Shown here one piece after another: positions 51,489 through 62,865 of a stretch of 64,000 bases of DNA (the stretch's first letter is position 1; every line of letters begins with the position of its first letter). Position numbers and translations under genes: made by a program. The notes under the pieces are model-generated. The model was not told where the DNA came from. It did not search any database and was given only the letters and a program-made list of their open reading frames with translations. Source of the stretch: Savitreella phatthalungensis (taxonomy: Eukaryota); the NCBI GenBank assembly GCA_051599415.1, contig AP039702.1:1-64000 (forward strand), given 5' to 3'.

Positions 51489-53502
51489 ACTTGCGGCTGG
51501 GGGGATCTACATTGACTCGACAAAGCAGCAGGCATGGCTGGCGTGGTGGCTGATTGCCGGACTTTTTGGCGGCATGTCGAATCTGAATCTTGCAACGAAC
51601 GTGCTTTTCGGAAATGCGCTCGTGGCGCACAATTCCAGTTTACCGCGAGGCGCCGTTAATGGCTTCCGTATCAACGCCACGTACAAGGGCTTCGACACAC
51701 CGTCCTATGGGGATCTTGGCAATTCTTTGAAATTCTTGATCTTTTTTGGGGTGAGCGCGTGTGTCGTTTACGCCTTCGCTGCACTGTATCCAACAGCTGA
51801 AAGGTTAAGCAAAGTAAAAGCACTTCAGCTTTCGAACGGGTTGCGACCGATCTCCCTTCACGCTGCGCATTTCATCTTTGAGGTTCCCGTTGTTCTACTG
51901 GTCTCGGCGCTGGTCTGTACGCTCTACGGGATCATTGTGCCAAACACCATTCGACATATAGGCACCTTCTTCGTTGTACTTGTCCTATTTGGATTAGTCT
52001 CTACCCTGCTTTCCTTCGTCATCGCACTCTTCGGAAAGTCTAGCTTAGCGAGCTTCGGGCTCGCGGCTGGCCTGCAAGCGGTCTATTTTCTGATTTATCT
52101 TGCAGCGTGCCTGCTCACGTTGACCTACGCCCCCGCTCTGATCACTCAGCAATGGCTGCTATACGAGCACTTCGCCCTGAGCTTGGTACCATTGCCAGTC
52201 GACTCAGTGGTGCGTGCTATGATCATTGGATTGAACATGTTCAATCTGGCCTGTATTGACACTGGAGGCCAGCTTGCTAAGGATTTCAGCAACATCCGGC
52301 TATATGGCGGCCCAATTCTTTATCTAGTGCTGCAAGGCGCTGGCTTGTTCATCTTTCTGGTCTGGTATGACTCCGGCAAGCCTGTACCATGGCAACGCAT
52401 GAGGATTGCCCTCGCCGACACATCAGCAGCAAGCGAATTCGATGAAGATGTATCGCTGGAGGCCCAGCGAATCAAGAGCGGCGACGAAAGCGATATTCTA
52501 CAAGTTCTCGGTGTCTCGAAGAACTTCGGACGCGTTGCGGCGTTGCGAGACGTCACTTTCGGTGCCAAACGAAACCAAGTTCTTGCATTACTCGGGCCAA
52601 ATTCCGCCGGCAAGACGACACTCTATTCTATTATTCGTGGAGAAATCAAGCCGAGTTCTGGTGACGTCTTAGTGGCAGGCGAATCAATCACCAGCGCAAA
52701 GAATGCAGCGCGTGCAGCGCTCGGTGTATGCCCTCAGTTTGATGCTATGGACGCACTGACGGTGCGTCAGCACTTGGCGTTCTATGCGCGCGTCAAGGGG
52801 GTGATGGGAGTCCACATTCAGCGCGACGTTGAGACTCTCATTACTGCCGTCTCGCTCAGTGACTTCGCCGATCGCCAAGCTCGCGACCTGTCAGGCGGGA
52901 ATCAGCGCAAGCTCTCTCTTGCCATAGCCATGATTGGTGATCCGAGGGTTCTGCTGATTGACGAAGCCTCCAGTGGCATGGATATCGCAGCAAAACGGCA
53001 AATTTGGGATGTTCTATCGCGATTCACAGCGGAGCGCGCGATTGTTCTGACTACGCATAGTATGGAGGAGGCTGAAGCTCTTAGCCACCGGGTCGCCATT
53101 GTCGCCCAGCGGCTCCTTACCATTGGGACTATTGAGCGATTACGAGCCAGGTTTGGTCGCGACACAGAGCTGTCAATTATTGTACAGAATAACGAGGCTG
53201 ATCTGGAAGAGAAGCACGAAATTGCAGCAGTTGATCCTTCATGTCGCACGGCGATCGTGCATGCCGTCCTGTCAGAGCAATTACCGGGCACTCGTCTAGT
53301 ACTCCAAGATGCGCGCAATGGACTTCATCTCAAGTTCAGAGTGCCTGTCCAGCATTCAACCCGGACGATTTTCGAGACGATAGAGCGCGAGCAGTCTCGC
53401 TTGCACATTCAGTTCTATGATATCTGCCAAGCTTCCCTCGAGGAGGTCTTCCTACAGATAGTCACCGAGGATCGCTTCCAGGAGGATGGCTATGAGGTCT
53501 AA
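51349..53502 (+). CDS. ABCA-family transporter, C-terminal part (TMD2, NBD2), +1 frame relative to the N-terminal part
   Basis: YPTAER, GPNSAGKTT, LSGGNQRKL, LIDEASSGMD, TTHSMEEAE, SLEEVF. Confidence 0.88.
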   Translation: MQASRSCSDRLWTPFGRPYAGSLPAVTPYIVDSGADLLSKVQAHYSELAAGGIYIDSTKQQAWLAWWLIAGLFGGMSNLNLATNVLFGNALVAHNSSLPRGAVNGFRINATYKGFDTPSYGDLGNSLKFLIFFGVSACVVYAFAALYPTAERLSKVKALQLSNGLRPISLHAAHFIFEVPVVLLVSALVCTLYGIIVPNTIRHIGTFFVVLVLFGLVSTLLSFVIALFGKSSLASFGLAAGLQAVYFLIYLAACLLTLTYAPALITQQWLLYEHFALSLVPLPVDSVVRAMIIGLNMFNLACIDTGGQLAKDFSNIRLYGGPILYLVLQGAGLFIFLVWYDSGKPVPWQRMRIALADTSAASEFDEDVSLEAQRIKSGDESDILQVLGVSKNFGRVAALRDVTFGAKRNQVLALLGPNSAGKTTLYSIIRGEIKPSSGDVLVAGESITSAKNAARAALGVCPQFDAMDALTVRQHLAFYARVKGVMGVHIQRDVETLITAVSLSDFADRQARDLSGGNQRKLSLAIAMIGDPRVLLIDEASSGMDIAAKRQIWDVLSRFTAERAIVLTTHSMEEAEALSHRVAIVAQRLLTIGTIERLRARFGRDTELSIIVQNNEADLEEKHEIAAVDPSCRTAIVHAVLSEQLPGTRLVLQDARNGLHLKFRVPVQHSTRTIFETIEREQSRLHIQFYDICQASLEEVFLQIVTEDRFQEDGYEV

Positions 53503-54280
53503 ACACGAGTCAGTCAGGAACGACATGCCATATGTGATGCATTCCATTCGCCGAATGTTAATATTGTTAGTTTACGCACATCTTACGTACATCTATTCCA
53601 ACGACAAAAAAACAGCTGGACATGTCAAATAGCCTTGCCAGCGGGAATCAGTTCTTGCCGTCAAGTCGGACTATTGTTCATCCTCCCGCTTCGACACCTA
53701 GATGCGTGCATGCATCAGCGAAGACATGCGGTCAAATCGTAGCCCTTCTCCTGTACACCGTCGATCTTGCATGCGCATATATGCAGAAAGTTCATTGTGT
53801 ATTGTCTAGCTCCGGTGCTGCTCTACCGTCCGTGACGCTTTTTCGCCTTTCGCCGCCTACTAGGTGCATTAATTTGCACAGAATCCTCTGAACTTTCTAG
53901 TCTAAGTTTAGTCAGCCAGCATGATCAGCACCAAGAAATGAGAGTGATCAAATAATTAAGTTAATTGCACATTTCGAAGTAGTAGTTGTGAGGTGAGCAC
54001 CTGAAATTCAACTTCCTCCTCTGCCTGAATTTCTGTACCGATTCGGGAGATGGAGCCAGCCGGCCTCTTGCTTTTGCACTGAGAGATCCACACACTCTCC
54101 CTCCTCACACACGTACCTCCAAACGTGGACACACCCATCTCAATCTCTTGCTGCGTAGGCTGAGGTCAGGCTAGACACCCATCGTGCGTATCGTCGAGCA
54201 CTTTGCCCACCTGTTACACGCCGTGGCACATAAGACGTAAGTTTGGTCAATTGCCTCATTCAATCGCTTTCCGCACAATC

Positions 54281-54922
54281 ATGTCTGAGCAGGTACCGAC
54301 TTTCAAGCTAGTTTTGGTGGGCGATGGTGGCACGGGGAAGACGACCTTTGTCAAACGCCATTTGACAGGAGAGTTCGAGAAAAAGTACATTGCAACTCTT
54401 GGAGTGGAGGTTCATCCGATCTCATTTCACACAAATTATGGACAGATTTGCTTCAACACATGGGATACCGCCGGTCAAGAAAAGTTTGGTGGGCTGCGCG
54501 ACGGCTACTATATCCAAGGTCAATGCGGCATTATCATGTTCGACGTGACTTCTCGCATCACGTACAAGAATGTGCCAAACTGGCATCGCGATCTCGTTCG
54601 CGTTTGCGAGAACATTCCCATCGTTCTCTGCGGTAACAAAGTTGACGTGAAAGAGCGAAAGGTGAAGGCTAAGACGATCACTTTCCACCGCAAGAAGAAC
54701 CTTCAGTACTACGATATCTCGGCAAAATCAAATTACAATTTCGAGAAGCCTTTCTTGTGGTTGGCTCGCAAGCTCGTCGGCAATGCTCAGCTTGACTTTG
54801 TCGCGTCGCCAGCGCTTGCCCCGCCTGAGGTCACCGTCGATGCAGACTTGATGCGTCAAGCTGAGGAAGAGATGAAGCAAGCCGTCAACATGCCCCTGCC
54901 GGAGGAGGACGAGGATTTGTAA
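54281..54922 (+). CDS. GSP1: Ran GTPase
   Basis: [31 protein letters not shown], acidic tail EEDEDL. Confidence 0.99.
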   Translation: MSEQVPTFKLVLVGDGGTGKTTFVKRHLTGEFEKKYIATLGVEVHPISFHTNYGQICFNTWDTAGQEKFGGLRDGYYIQGQCGIIMFDVTSRITYKNVPNWHRDLVRVCENIPIVLCGNKVDVKERKVKAKTITFHRKKNLQYYDISAKSNYNFEKPFLWLARKLVGNAQLDFVASPALAPPEVTVDADLMRQAEEEMKQAVNMPLPEEDEDL

Positions 54923-55279
54923 ATCGAGTTCGTGTATGGCAGCAACAATCCATGTCAACAAGATTACCGACAGACGCTTGGATGCTTGGTAGCTTTGCTG
55001 TCAGCAACAGCGACCGCCTCTAGATATGCGTAGAAACCATGAAGCGACATCACGCTCCCAGCATATCGGGTATCGTCTTATGCCAAATTCACTTTTTGAC
55101 AATTGCTCCTAGAGGAGTTCTATATCTAACGTACGCCATGTAGGCGTTATGCATGCGTGAAATTTGGCGTGCTCTTAATCATCGATCACATCTGCGCATA
55201 TTCCTCTAAACCGGTCGCACAGTGCATCATCTGCAAACAAAGCGCCAATTCACTCGCTTCACTGCCGTTCCGGCCCGCT

Positions 55280-56326
55280 ATGGAAGCGCTTTTCTGTCAA
55301 GATATCAACTTCGTTGAGGGGCTTGTGCGCGGCTACCGGTCTGCCTTACTGACCAGCATCACTTATCAGAATCTCACACAGTGCGAGACGCTTGAAGACC
55401 TCAAATTGCAGCTTAGCGCCACGGAGTATGGCAATTTTCTCGCTAATGTTCCTTCGCCCTTAACGAGCAGCACGATTGCTGCCAAGGCGAACGAGCGCCT
55501 TGTTTCAGACTTCAAATTCATTCGTCAGAATGCTGTCGAACCGCTATCCACATTTCTCGACTACGTCACCTACCCATACATGATCGATAATGTCATCCTT
55601 CTGATCACAGGAACGCTTCATGATCGCGATTTGAACGATTTGCTCGAACGATGTCATCCTCTAGGTCTCTTTGAAACTATGCCTGCACTATGCGTGGCGA
55701 CATCAGTTTCCGAGCTCTATGATTCTGTGCTGGTTGAGACCCCGTTGGCACCATACTTCAAGGACTGTCTCGATGCAGATGATCTCGATGAGCTCAATAT
55801 CGAAATCATTCGCAACACCCTTTATCGGTCGTGGCTTGAGGACTTCAATAAATTCGTCGAGAAGATTGGAGGCCCGACCCGGGAGCTCATGTCTGACATC
55901 CTTGGATTTGAGGCGGATAGGCGAGCGATCACGGTGACTGTGAACAGTTTCGATACTGAATTGAGCAAGGAAGATCGACAGAAGCTTTACCCGAAGCTCG
56001 GACAGCTTTATCCGGAAGGCTCGTTCGCGCTAGGTCAGGCGGATGATATAGAGGGAGTCAAAGGTGCAGTAGCTGGCATAGAGGCGTATGCTGCAATGTT
56101 CGACCAGTTGACATCAGCTACGGCCGGAGACAACTCCCTCGATGACCATTTCTTCGAGCACGAAGCGAAATTAAACAAGCGCGCTTTCTTACAGCAATTT
56201 CACTGCGCAGTTGTCTACGCATGGCTACGACTTCGCGAGCAAGAAGTTCGCAATATCACATGGATTGCGGAGTGTATTGCACAAAACCAACGCGATCGGA
56301 TTGGTAAGTTCGCGGCCGTTCTGTAG
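55280..56326 (+). CDS. VMA6: V-ATPase V0 subunit d
   Basis: [52 protein letters not shown]. Confidence 0.97.
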   Translation: MEALFCQDINFVEGLVRGYRSALLTSITYQNLTQCETLEDLKLQLSATEYGNFLANVPSPLTSSTIAAKANERLVSDFKFIRQNAVEPLSTFLDYVTYPYMIDNVILLITGTLHDRDLNDLLERCHPLGLFETMPALCVATSVSELYDSVLVETPLAPYFKDCLDADDLDELNIEIIRNTLYRSWLEDFNKFVEKIGGPTRELMSDILGFEADRRAITVTVNSFDTELSKEDRQKLYPKLGQLYPEGSFALGQADDIEGVKGAVAGIEAYAAMFDQLTSATAGDNSLDDHFFEHEAKLNKRAFLQQFHCAVVYAWLRLREQEVRNITWIAECIAQNQRDRIGKFAAVL

Positions 56327-56729
56327 CTCAACACGCGAGTTTAGGCTATTCGAGACCGCACACGGAGATTAAAACGATAGCTTGCCCTTGTCAGATCAAA
56401 CGGATGACTGGGAATACATCGGTCTGCAACAGTCGACATGGCCTCCTGAGAATGCATGGTGCAACCGACATCTGCTCCTTCGAGTTTGCCTTGACATCTG
56501 GACGCCATTCATGAAAGCTCGCCGTGGATGACCTGAAAATATTGGCAGCTTTGTTGGAATGTGGTGTAGAGGAAATGATTTATCTACAAATTACCGGCGA
56601 TGTTATACCGACGAATGGGTGGCTCAGTGCGGCTGTGCCAGTTTTCAGTTCACATATCACATGTTAAGACAGACGTCATGTAAAGGATCTCGAAGAGATC
56701 TCGAAAGACCTTATCAGCGAGCTGCGCAA

Positions 56730-57021
56730 ATGTCGTCAGACAACCTGCTCGCAGAGACGCGGAGCGCGGCACAGGCCTTGGCCGAGGCAGAGGAACGAGC
56801 CACAGAATTAGAGCAAAAGCTGGGTGGTAAGTCTGAAGCAGCAGCCGTGCCAGTGGGCGTCCTACCACATGCCGCGCATCGCTGACGATGTAGCCTTCGA
56901 ATCGCGGTTAAACTCTCTTCTAGAGGAGCTTGAAGGTCAGGCATCACAAGCACAAGAAAATCAGAGAGGGGGAATCAAGTCGGATGATCCTGAGACTACG
57001 ATAGACGGAGTTTTGTTGTGA
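56730..57021 (+). CDS. Small coiled-coil protein, 74 aa, 2 exons (56730-56826, 56894-57021)
   Basis: 67-nt intron with consensus GTAAGT, GCTGAC branch and TAG joins two ORF fragments in frame into a continuous heptad pattern. Confidence 0.72.
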
Positions 57022-59278
57022 GCAGCGACCCGCATTCGCCCAACGTAGAAAACAATATCAAGCAGTCTGACAATAATGAATCGCGTCCGGCGTTCGTAGA
57101 GACCTGGAGCATCAGGCACCATTCGTGCATTTTCTGCACAGCGTAACGAGTCTCGTCTGTATGTGATAGATGTTGGCCCCGAGACAGCATAGCGAGAAGT
57201 TCTCGCACGAGCAGAAGAGTTGATCGCTGCAGCTCGGGTTCGGTCGCACAAAGGCTGCTAAATGTTATAGCAGTTAGAAAATACCAGAGCTGATCGACCG
57301 TAATGCGGGCGATGCCGGGCTGAGAGTTGTTCAGGAGAATGACTAGTGTGACAAGGACCTGAGAAAGCAACATGTTCGAGACGAAGCTCGGATCGGCTGT
57401 AGCTCGATCGGCGAGGACAGCATCAGATACGAGTACATGTTGCAGCATTGGTAGCAGTATGTGATTTTCCACTAGATCTGGACGCAAGCGATTGTCCGCC
57501 TGATTGATACCACTCGCTTTCCCAGGCATGACCTTTGAAAAACGAGCAAGCTGCGGAGGTGCGGCAAGCGTGCCGTCAAGGTCCAATTGTGCCCGACCGT
57601 TGCTGACCGGTGTAGATCGACATACCGCTCGACAAACCGACAGGATGACTAAGCGCTGAGACAGCGCCAGATCGCTCTTGAACACTTCCCTGGCAAGAAT
57701 CGGCCCAACTAGCTTTGGGGCGACAAGTAAAGAGGTGGTCAAGGCGTCGTGCCGCTCACGTTCAAAGCCGTCTTGATCGAGCGAGTTGCGCATATTGACG
57801 AGGACTTCGACAAGTCGACTAATCCAATCCTCGAGCTCGAGAATATGCACACTCTGAGAGCGCTTCCGTTTCAGCAAATCGGGAATTGTTCGAAGCGCGA
57901 GAAGCAGATCATCTGGGGAATCGTGCTTCAGCAGCATTGCGATACAATCTCGGAGATATGTCGGACGTGAAGCGCGCTGTCGGTCAATTTCACTAGCATC
58001 ATTGCCGTCATCCTCATTGTCAGAGTCGGGAAGTGGCATCGCGCAGCGCAAATCCAGCCGCTTGGACGAAGCCCGCGATTTGGTGTCATAAACATTCATC
58101 CGCGGCGATGTTGACTCAAGCACCGGCTGTGGCGGCTGATGAGCCACTAATAGAGGATTCTTGAAGCCCTCATCAGCTGCTGCCATCATTGAGGCGGCAC
58201 TTTCCAAGCCGAAGACAGCTGCGACCGAGCCGCCATTCGCGCAGGCCACATGTGCCAAGAAATCAGGCAACACCGTGGCAAGCCTACGGATCTCGGGGTT
58301 GAGAGAATTGAGCCTGCGAGTCACACCCTCGCTCAAGAGCGTTGATTTCAGTAGTCTGTCCGATACGCTCGCGTCGCCCAGGCGATGGACAAGCAGGAGG
58401 ACGCGCCGTGTCAGTAAATCCTGTTGGCTTGAGGGAGCAAATTGAATATACATAGCGTTTGACCATAATTGCAGGCCGCATCGAATCGCGTCCTGGCTAG
58501 CACCGTGTCGGTTGGCCAAGTCCGCAAAAGGCTGGTCAAATTGGCCGATCTTGTTCGCCGATGATCGTAGCCAAACCGTTGTCATGGCCTGCAGGCGGTT
58601 AGGGTCTCGGCAGAAAGCATGCATAAGCATCGTGTCGACGACCGTATTCCGATAAATCTGTTGAATCCCTTGCGCGACTACGCGATGGCGTACCTGTGGC
58701 AAAATTGAGAAGATGGTCTCTAGTGCATCCCCTGAGAGTGAGTCAGCTGCACGCACGGCCGCACAAAACGTCGCAACATCATGTAGACTGATCAAGCGAT
58801 CGAGCAAGATAGTGACATATGATGTAGCAGAAGGGCAATGGGTCTGGAAGGTGATGATCTTGGTGATATAAAATGCGATGACCTCTTCTGCGTTCAGAAG
58901 CCATGTCCAGATGGTCTTCTCATTCTTGTTAAGAGCTTCGTTGACAGTCGTCCGGGCAATGTGATTATGGATGCGACCGCCGACGATTGCAGCGACATAT
59001 TGGCGCCACAGTTGCTCGCTGTCGACAGCATCTGGGCTCTTGCAATCAATGAAGCGACAGTAGAATCGCTCGGGTCCGAACTCTGAATGGCGCAGGATGC
59101 GAGATAGCAGCGTCAAGGTCCGAGAAGTTGGCGGCCGATCGAGCAGATTATTTAGACCCGCGAGAGTACATGCCGCTGACAGGAGTTCGTCTGTAGGGTC
59201 ACCGTCTTGCAGATCCACAGACAGCAGTCGCTCAACGCATACTTGCGCTTCGAATGCTGCTTGCATGCCATCAGGCAT
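56996..59278 (-). CDS. TEL2: Telomere length regulation protein Tel2 (TTT complex)
   Basis: GVTRRLNS..PEIRRLA, acidic DSDNEDD, RPTYLRDCIAML, LALSQRLVIL segments resemble Tel2. Confidence 0.78.
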   Translation of the reverse strand: MPDGMQAAFEAQVCVERLLSVDLQDGDPTDELLSAACTLAGLNNLLDRPPTSRTLTLLSRILRHSEFGPERFYCRFIDCKSPDAVDSEQLWRQYVAAIVGGRIHNHIARTTVNEALNKNEKTIWTWLLNAEEVIAFYITKIITFQTHCPSATSYVTILLDRLISLHDVATFCAAVRAADSLSGDALETIFSILPQVRHRVVAQGIQQIYRNTVVDTMLMHAFCRDPNRLQAMTTVWLRSSANKIGQFDQPFADLANRHGASQDAIRCGLQLWSNAMYIQFAPSSQQDLLTRRVLLLVHRLGDASVSDRLLKSTLLSEGVTRRLNSLNPEIRRLATVLPDFLAHVACANGGSVAAVFGLESAASMMAAADEGFKNPLLVAHQPPQPVLESTSPRMNVYDTKSRASSKRLDLRCAMPLPDSDNEDDGNDASEIDRQRASRPTYLRDCIAMLLKHDSPDDLLLALRTIPDLLKRKRSQSVHILELEDWISRLVEVLVNMRNSLDQDGFERERHDALTTSLLVAPKLVGPILAREVFKSDLALSQRLVILSVCRAVCRSTPVSNGRAQLDLDGTLAAPPQLARFSKVMPGKASGINQADNRLRPDLVENHILLPMLQHVLVSDAVLADRATADPSFVSNMLLSQVLVTLVILLNNSQPGIARITVDQLWYFLTAITFSSLCATEPELQRSTLLLVRELLAMLSRGQHLSHTDETRYAVQKMHEWCLMLQVSTNAGRDSLLSDCLILFSTLGECGSLLTTKLRLS

Positions 59279-59585
59279 GACAGCTCATGACCTTAGTCGT
59301 TCTGATCGGATGAGCGAAAGCGATATTCACGAATACGGGTTCTCATAATGGGTTTCTACAAGTTCGAGCGCGGAACAAGTGCGTATGTATCACGTGTGCC
59401 CATGACTCAAAACAGACGTATGATCTACAGTTCATGCGTAACATCGCCAGAGTACAATCTGCCACAGGACGGCCGACAAGGTGAGCAAGCAGACGGGCTT
59501 GATCGGTATTGAAGGATTCATAAATTCTACCCGGAGCATGTTGCCGCAATCTTCAGTGGCTTTGACGGATATTTGTGTACGTCAA

Positions 59586-60171
59586 TTAGAAACGCAAAGG
59601 TGTAAAGAACCATTTGTTCTTGCCAGAAGCATACCGATCCTCGAATGCTGACTTGATGGTCTTCTTGGCGTCTTCGCGCTGCGTTGGCTCCTTGAAAGTG
59701 TCCGCCGAGATGACACCCTTGAGTGTCTCAAGCTCGAGTGCATAACGCGTGGGCATGAGGTGATTGAAATTGATCACCTTGATGAAAGGCTTCACCTTTG
59801 AACGCTTCAGCATGCGCTTCTGCGACATCGTCCGCGTGACCTTCAAGGGATAGCGCTCAACGCCAGCGACAATGGCATGAGGGTAAGGCCGAGCCTTGCT
59901 GCCATTGTCTACCGGCTGGACAATGACGACCTTCTTGCCGGCATAACGACCCCGGGTGACCAAGGCAACTTTTCCTGGCTTCAGAACTGTACATATGTTA
60001 GCGGATGTCTACGACTTGCAGCGCACTGTGCTCGAGTCACATTGCGGTTGTCCTTGTCGGCCTGAGCGAATCTCTCCCTGGAGTCCTCAAGAACGCGAAC
60101 CAAAAGGCCTTCGTGGCAACGATGACTGTTCGAGCAATACGACTGTTCTTCGCGAATTACTTACACTTCAT
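59586..60171 (-). CDS. RPL27: 60S ribosomal protein L27 (eL27), 2 exons (60171-60165, 59986-59586)
   Basis: 178-nt intron GTAAGT..GCTAAC..CAG yields [22 protein letters not shown]-terminus [12 protein letters not shown]. Confidence 0.96.
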
Positions 60172-60781
60172 GATAGCGGTACAAGGGGGTAGCGTCGTCG
60201 AAATATTGCCGCTGTGCTCTGTATAACTTAATAGACCAAAGCGTATGTCTGAAAGGCGAGAGGTGCTGCCAGACCCATGGGAAATTTTCTCGCGGTCAGG
60301 ACTGCTTGTGTGCTTGACTGCAATGAGATTCACGTGTGGCGCATGAAACACTTATTGTGGCTTGGAATGATCAAACGCCCAGCCCCAGGTCCCTAGTCCA
60401 TGTTCCAGTGCCAATCCATTTTCATTTCCAGATCTTCCAGTGCTCCAATATCCCGTTCTGGGTCTCATATTTTATCTATGCCAGAGCTACAGAGTTTCAG
60501 GAGGTCAAATCTGTTCTTAAATGTCCTGAATATTCACCACCCTCACTAAGATTATCTTCAATTCGGGCCACTTGATTCCGCAGTCAGTGTATAGGCACGT
60601 GCAGAGGCTGCCATTTCTCCTCCAGCACATACGGAACTCGGCGTGATGTTGATATATACGTTGATTCCGTAGACCTGTGCAACGCCGGGAATACCGATGA
60701 GGCATAACGCTGCTCGCATTTTGAGAATTGAAGGTCGGATTTCTGGACAAATTCCCTCGATTCGATATCTTGTCAAGAGAG

Positions 60782-61230
60782 TCATTGCGTTTTTGAGACA
60801 TCGACGATCCTGGCCAGGCGATGCAGCATTCGTTGTTCGACACGATCGATGCGCTCAGCAAGATCGTAGTCTCGCTGAGTGAGAGACTGTTGATCGTGTG
60901 ACCGCAGACGAATGTCTACTTTGGTGTAAGACTGATGTTCACTCAGTGTCGTGATCCCTATGATTGTGATTATCTTACGTTCGACCAATCCGGGTGATGG
61001 TTGAGTTTCTCTGCTAGCAATGCGACAGCAGTCATGAATTGCCATGCATCGCTGAAGGTCCTGAATTTGAGCGTCTTACGCAGCGTGTGCCCTTCTCGGT
61101 GCCAGGAGCTCAAGTGTCCGTCACGACTTGCGGACGCAATGGACCGATGCGTCCAGCTCCGCCCGACTTCCAATTGTTGGCTCAAGCGGACAGAAAGTTG
61201 CCCGAAGCAGCCAGCTTTGCTGTGCAGCAT
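60782..61230 (-). CDS. Pterin-4-alpha-carbinolamine dehydratase (PCBD family), 2 exons (61230-60979, 60931-60782)
   Basis: FRTFSDAWQFM..AEKLNHHPDWSN joined by a 47-nt GTAAGA..CAG intron to SYTKVDIRLRSHD..LTQRDYDLAERID. Confidence 0.88.
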
Positions 61231-61572
61231 GCGGGAGTCGCGGCGAATGTGATCTGAGGTGGCCTGTTCTGATGGTGCATGCTCACTGCATTCTTGCGGA
61301 TGCTTGTCAACACGTGCAGGAGAGTTGCGATTCTCGGAGCAAGATCAACATGTGCGAATTCTCGACAGAAAGTGTTATCTGTACGTCTGTAACGATTCCC
61401 CAATACCACCGATCAAACGTGAATCTATAATTTATATGTCAATTCCTCCGTCGATTATGGAATTCCACTCTCAGGCCTTATATTGATGGGAATGACGCAT
61501 TTACATTGCAGAGCAAAACGGAGGGCAGCAGCCGCTGTGCACCTTGCAGCACCAATACTTCAGGTATCGCCT

Positions 61573-62865
61573 TCAAACGCCGTTAAGTATCGCTGCGCTC
61601 ATCTTGACCCCCCTGTTCGACAGATGCTGGATGAGCCCGGAGACCAGCCGGACCAGGTCCTCGTCTGAAAGACCGACTATTGCCCGACCCAACAACGCGC
61701 CGACTGATTCGCGTTTTACGGCGATAAACGACTGGTAGTAGAGATAGACGAAGAAACCGTTGAGTAGCTGACAGTCCATACGGTCCGTCATTCCGCCATG
61801 ACCGGGAATACTCTGCCCAAAGTCTTTGATTTTGAAGGCACGTTTCAGACCTGAGGCGAAAAATCCTCCGAAAGGTGCGATGAGCGAAGCGAAACTAGAG
61901 AGAACCAGTATGTGAAAGTGGATCGGTGCAAGCCTGATCGTCGTCGGGATGATGCGCAGAACGAGCGGGTGAGTTGTTAGAATAGATTGAGGGATTTCGA
62001 AGAGTCTCGGAACGAAGACCGGATTGCGATCACATAGTAGCCCACTGAAAGCGTTCGCACCAAGATCCGTGGCTGGGCAGGTGAAGTAGGGAGAATACAT
62101 CAGGATCTGGTTCAACAACAAACCCCAAGCGATGGTGCAAATCCAAGCGCCTACGAAACCTTCGACGGTCTTCTTAGGTGACAGCTCGAGCAGCTTGTGC
62201 CGGCCGAATGCTTTTCCACAGATGTATGCAAAGATATCGTTCGTGATCACAAGAGCAGCGGGTATGAAGAACCAATAGATACCCTCGAGCAAATTGTTGA
62301 TAATGAAATGAGCTTGGCCGACTACCAGTATCAAGGTCATGTGTGTGAAGCTAAATTGACTGAACTGAAAGCGGTATTGTCCCTTTTGTAGGCTGCCGAC
62401 GAACCAAATGAATCCGATCAGATAGAGGACAAAGCTGATGAAGCGGTGGTGTGTGGCAAGCGGCAGAAGCAGCACGTCGACGAGCACGATATGCTTGAAG
62501 TAGTAAACCACCGTCTCACCGTATGCGAAATACAGAGTGGTTGCCAGGAAGTACCAATGGCTGGCTTTGAACCAGGGTATTTGATTCTCCATCGCCGGCA
62601 CGCTAGCAATCGCGAGGATTTCGTTAAAAATTTGAACCTGTACAACGGTCAGAAAGAGTACGACCCAAAGATGTCCTGCAGCGAGAAGAGCAAAGAACCC
62701 AAAGATCATGATAAATGTCCACATTGTCCGCAAAAACGCATTGCTTTTTGTCTTGCCTGACTGCGAAATGTCCGGCGCAATGCTGGGCCCCGTTGATGCC
62801 GCTAGAGGCGCTGTCGCGGAGGTACCATTGACAGGCTCAGAAGTCTTGCGCTTACGCGCTGTCAT
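61573..62865 (-). CDS. CDS1: Phosphatidate cytidylyltransferase (CDP-DAG synthase)
   Basis: NDIFAY, LSPKKTVEGF, FASGLKRAFKIKDFG, IPGHGGMTDRMDCQ. Confidence 0.97.
   Translation of the reverse strand: MTARKRKTSEPVNGTSATAPLAASTGPSIAPDISQSGKTKSNAFLRTMWTFIMIFGFFALLAAGHLWVVLFLTVVQVQIFNEILAIASVPAMENQIPWFKASHWYFLATTLYFAYGETVVYYFKHIVLVDVLLLPLATHHRFISFVLYLIGFIWFVGSLQKGQYRFQFSQFSFTHMTLILVVGQAHFIINNLLEGIYWFFIPAALVITNDIFAYICGKAFGRHKLLELSPKKTVEGFVGAWICTIAWGLLLNQILMYSPYFTCPATDLGANAFSGLLCDRNPVFVPRLFEIPQSILTTHPLVLRIIPTTIRLAPIHFHILVLSSFASLIAPFGGFFASGLKRAFKIKDFGQSIPGHGGMTDRMDCQLLNGFFVYLYYQSFIAVKRESVGALLGRAIVGLSDEDLVRLVSGLIQHLSNRGVKMSAAILNGV

Noticed and set aside
54237..54292. GTAAGT donor upstream of GSP1 suggesting an extra coding exon
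   Set aside because: Splicing to the next CAG would put an in-frame TAA just upstream; the ATG at 54281 already gives a normal Ran N-terminus
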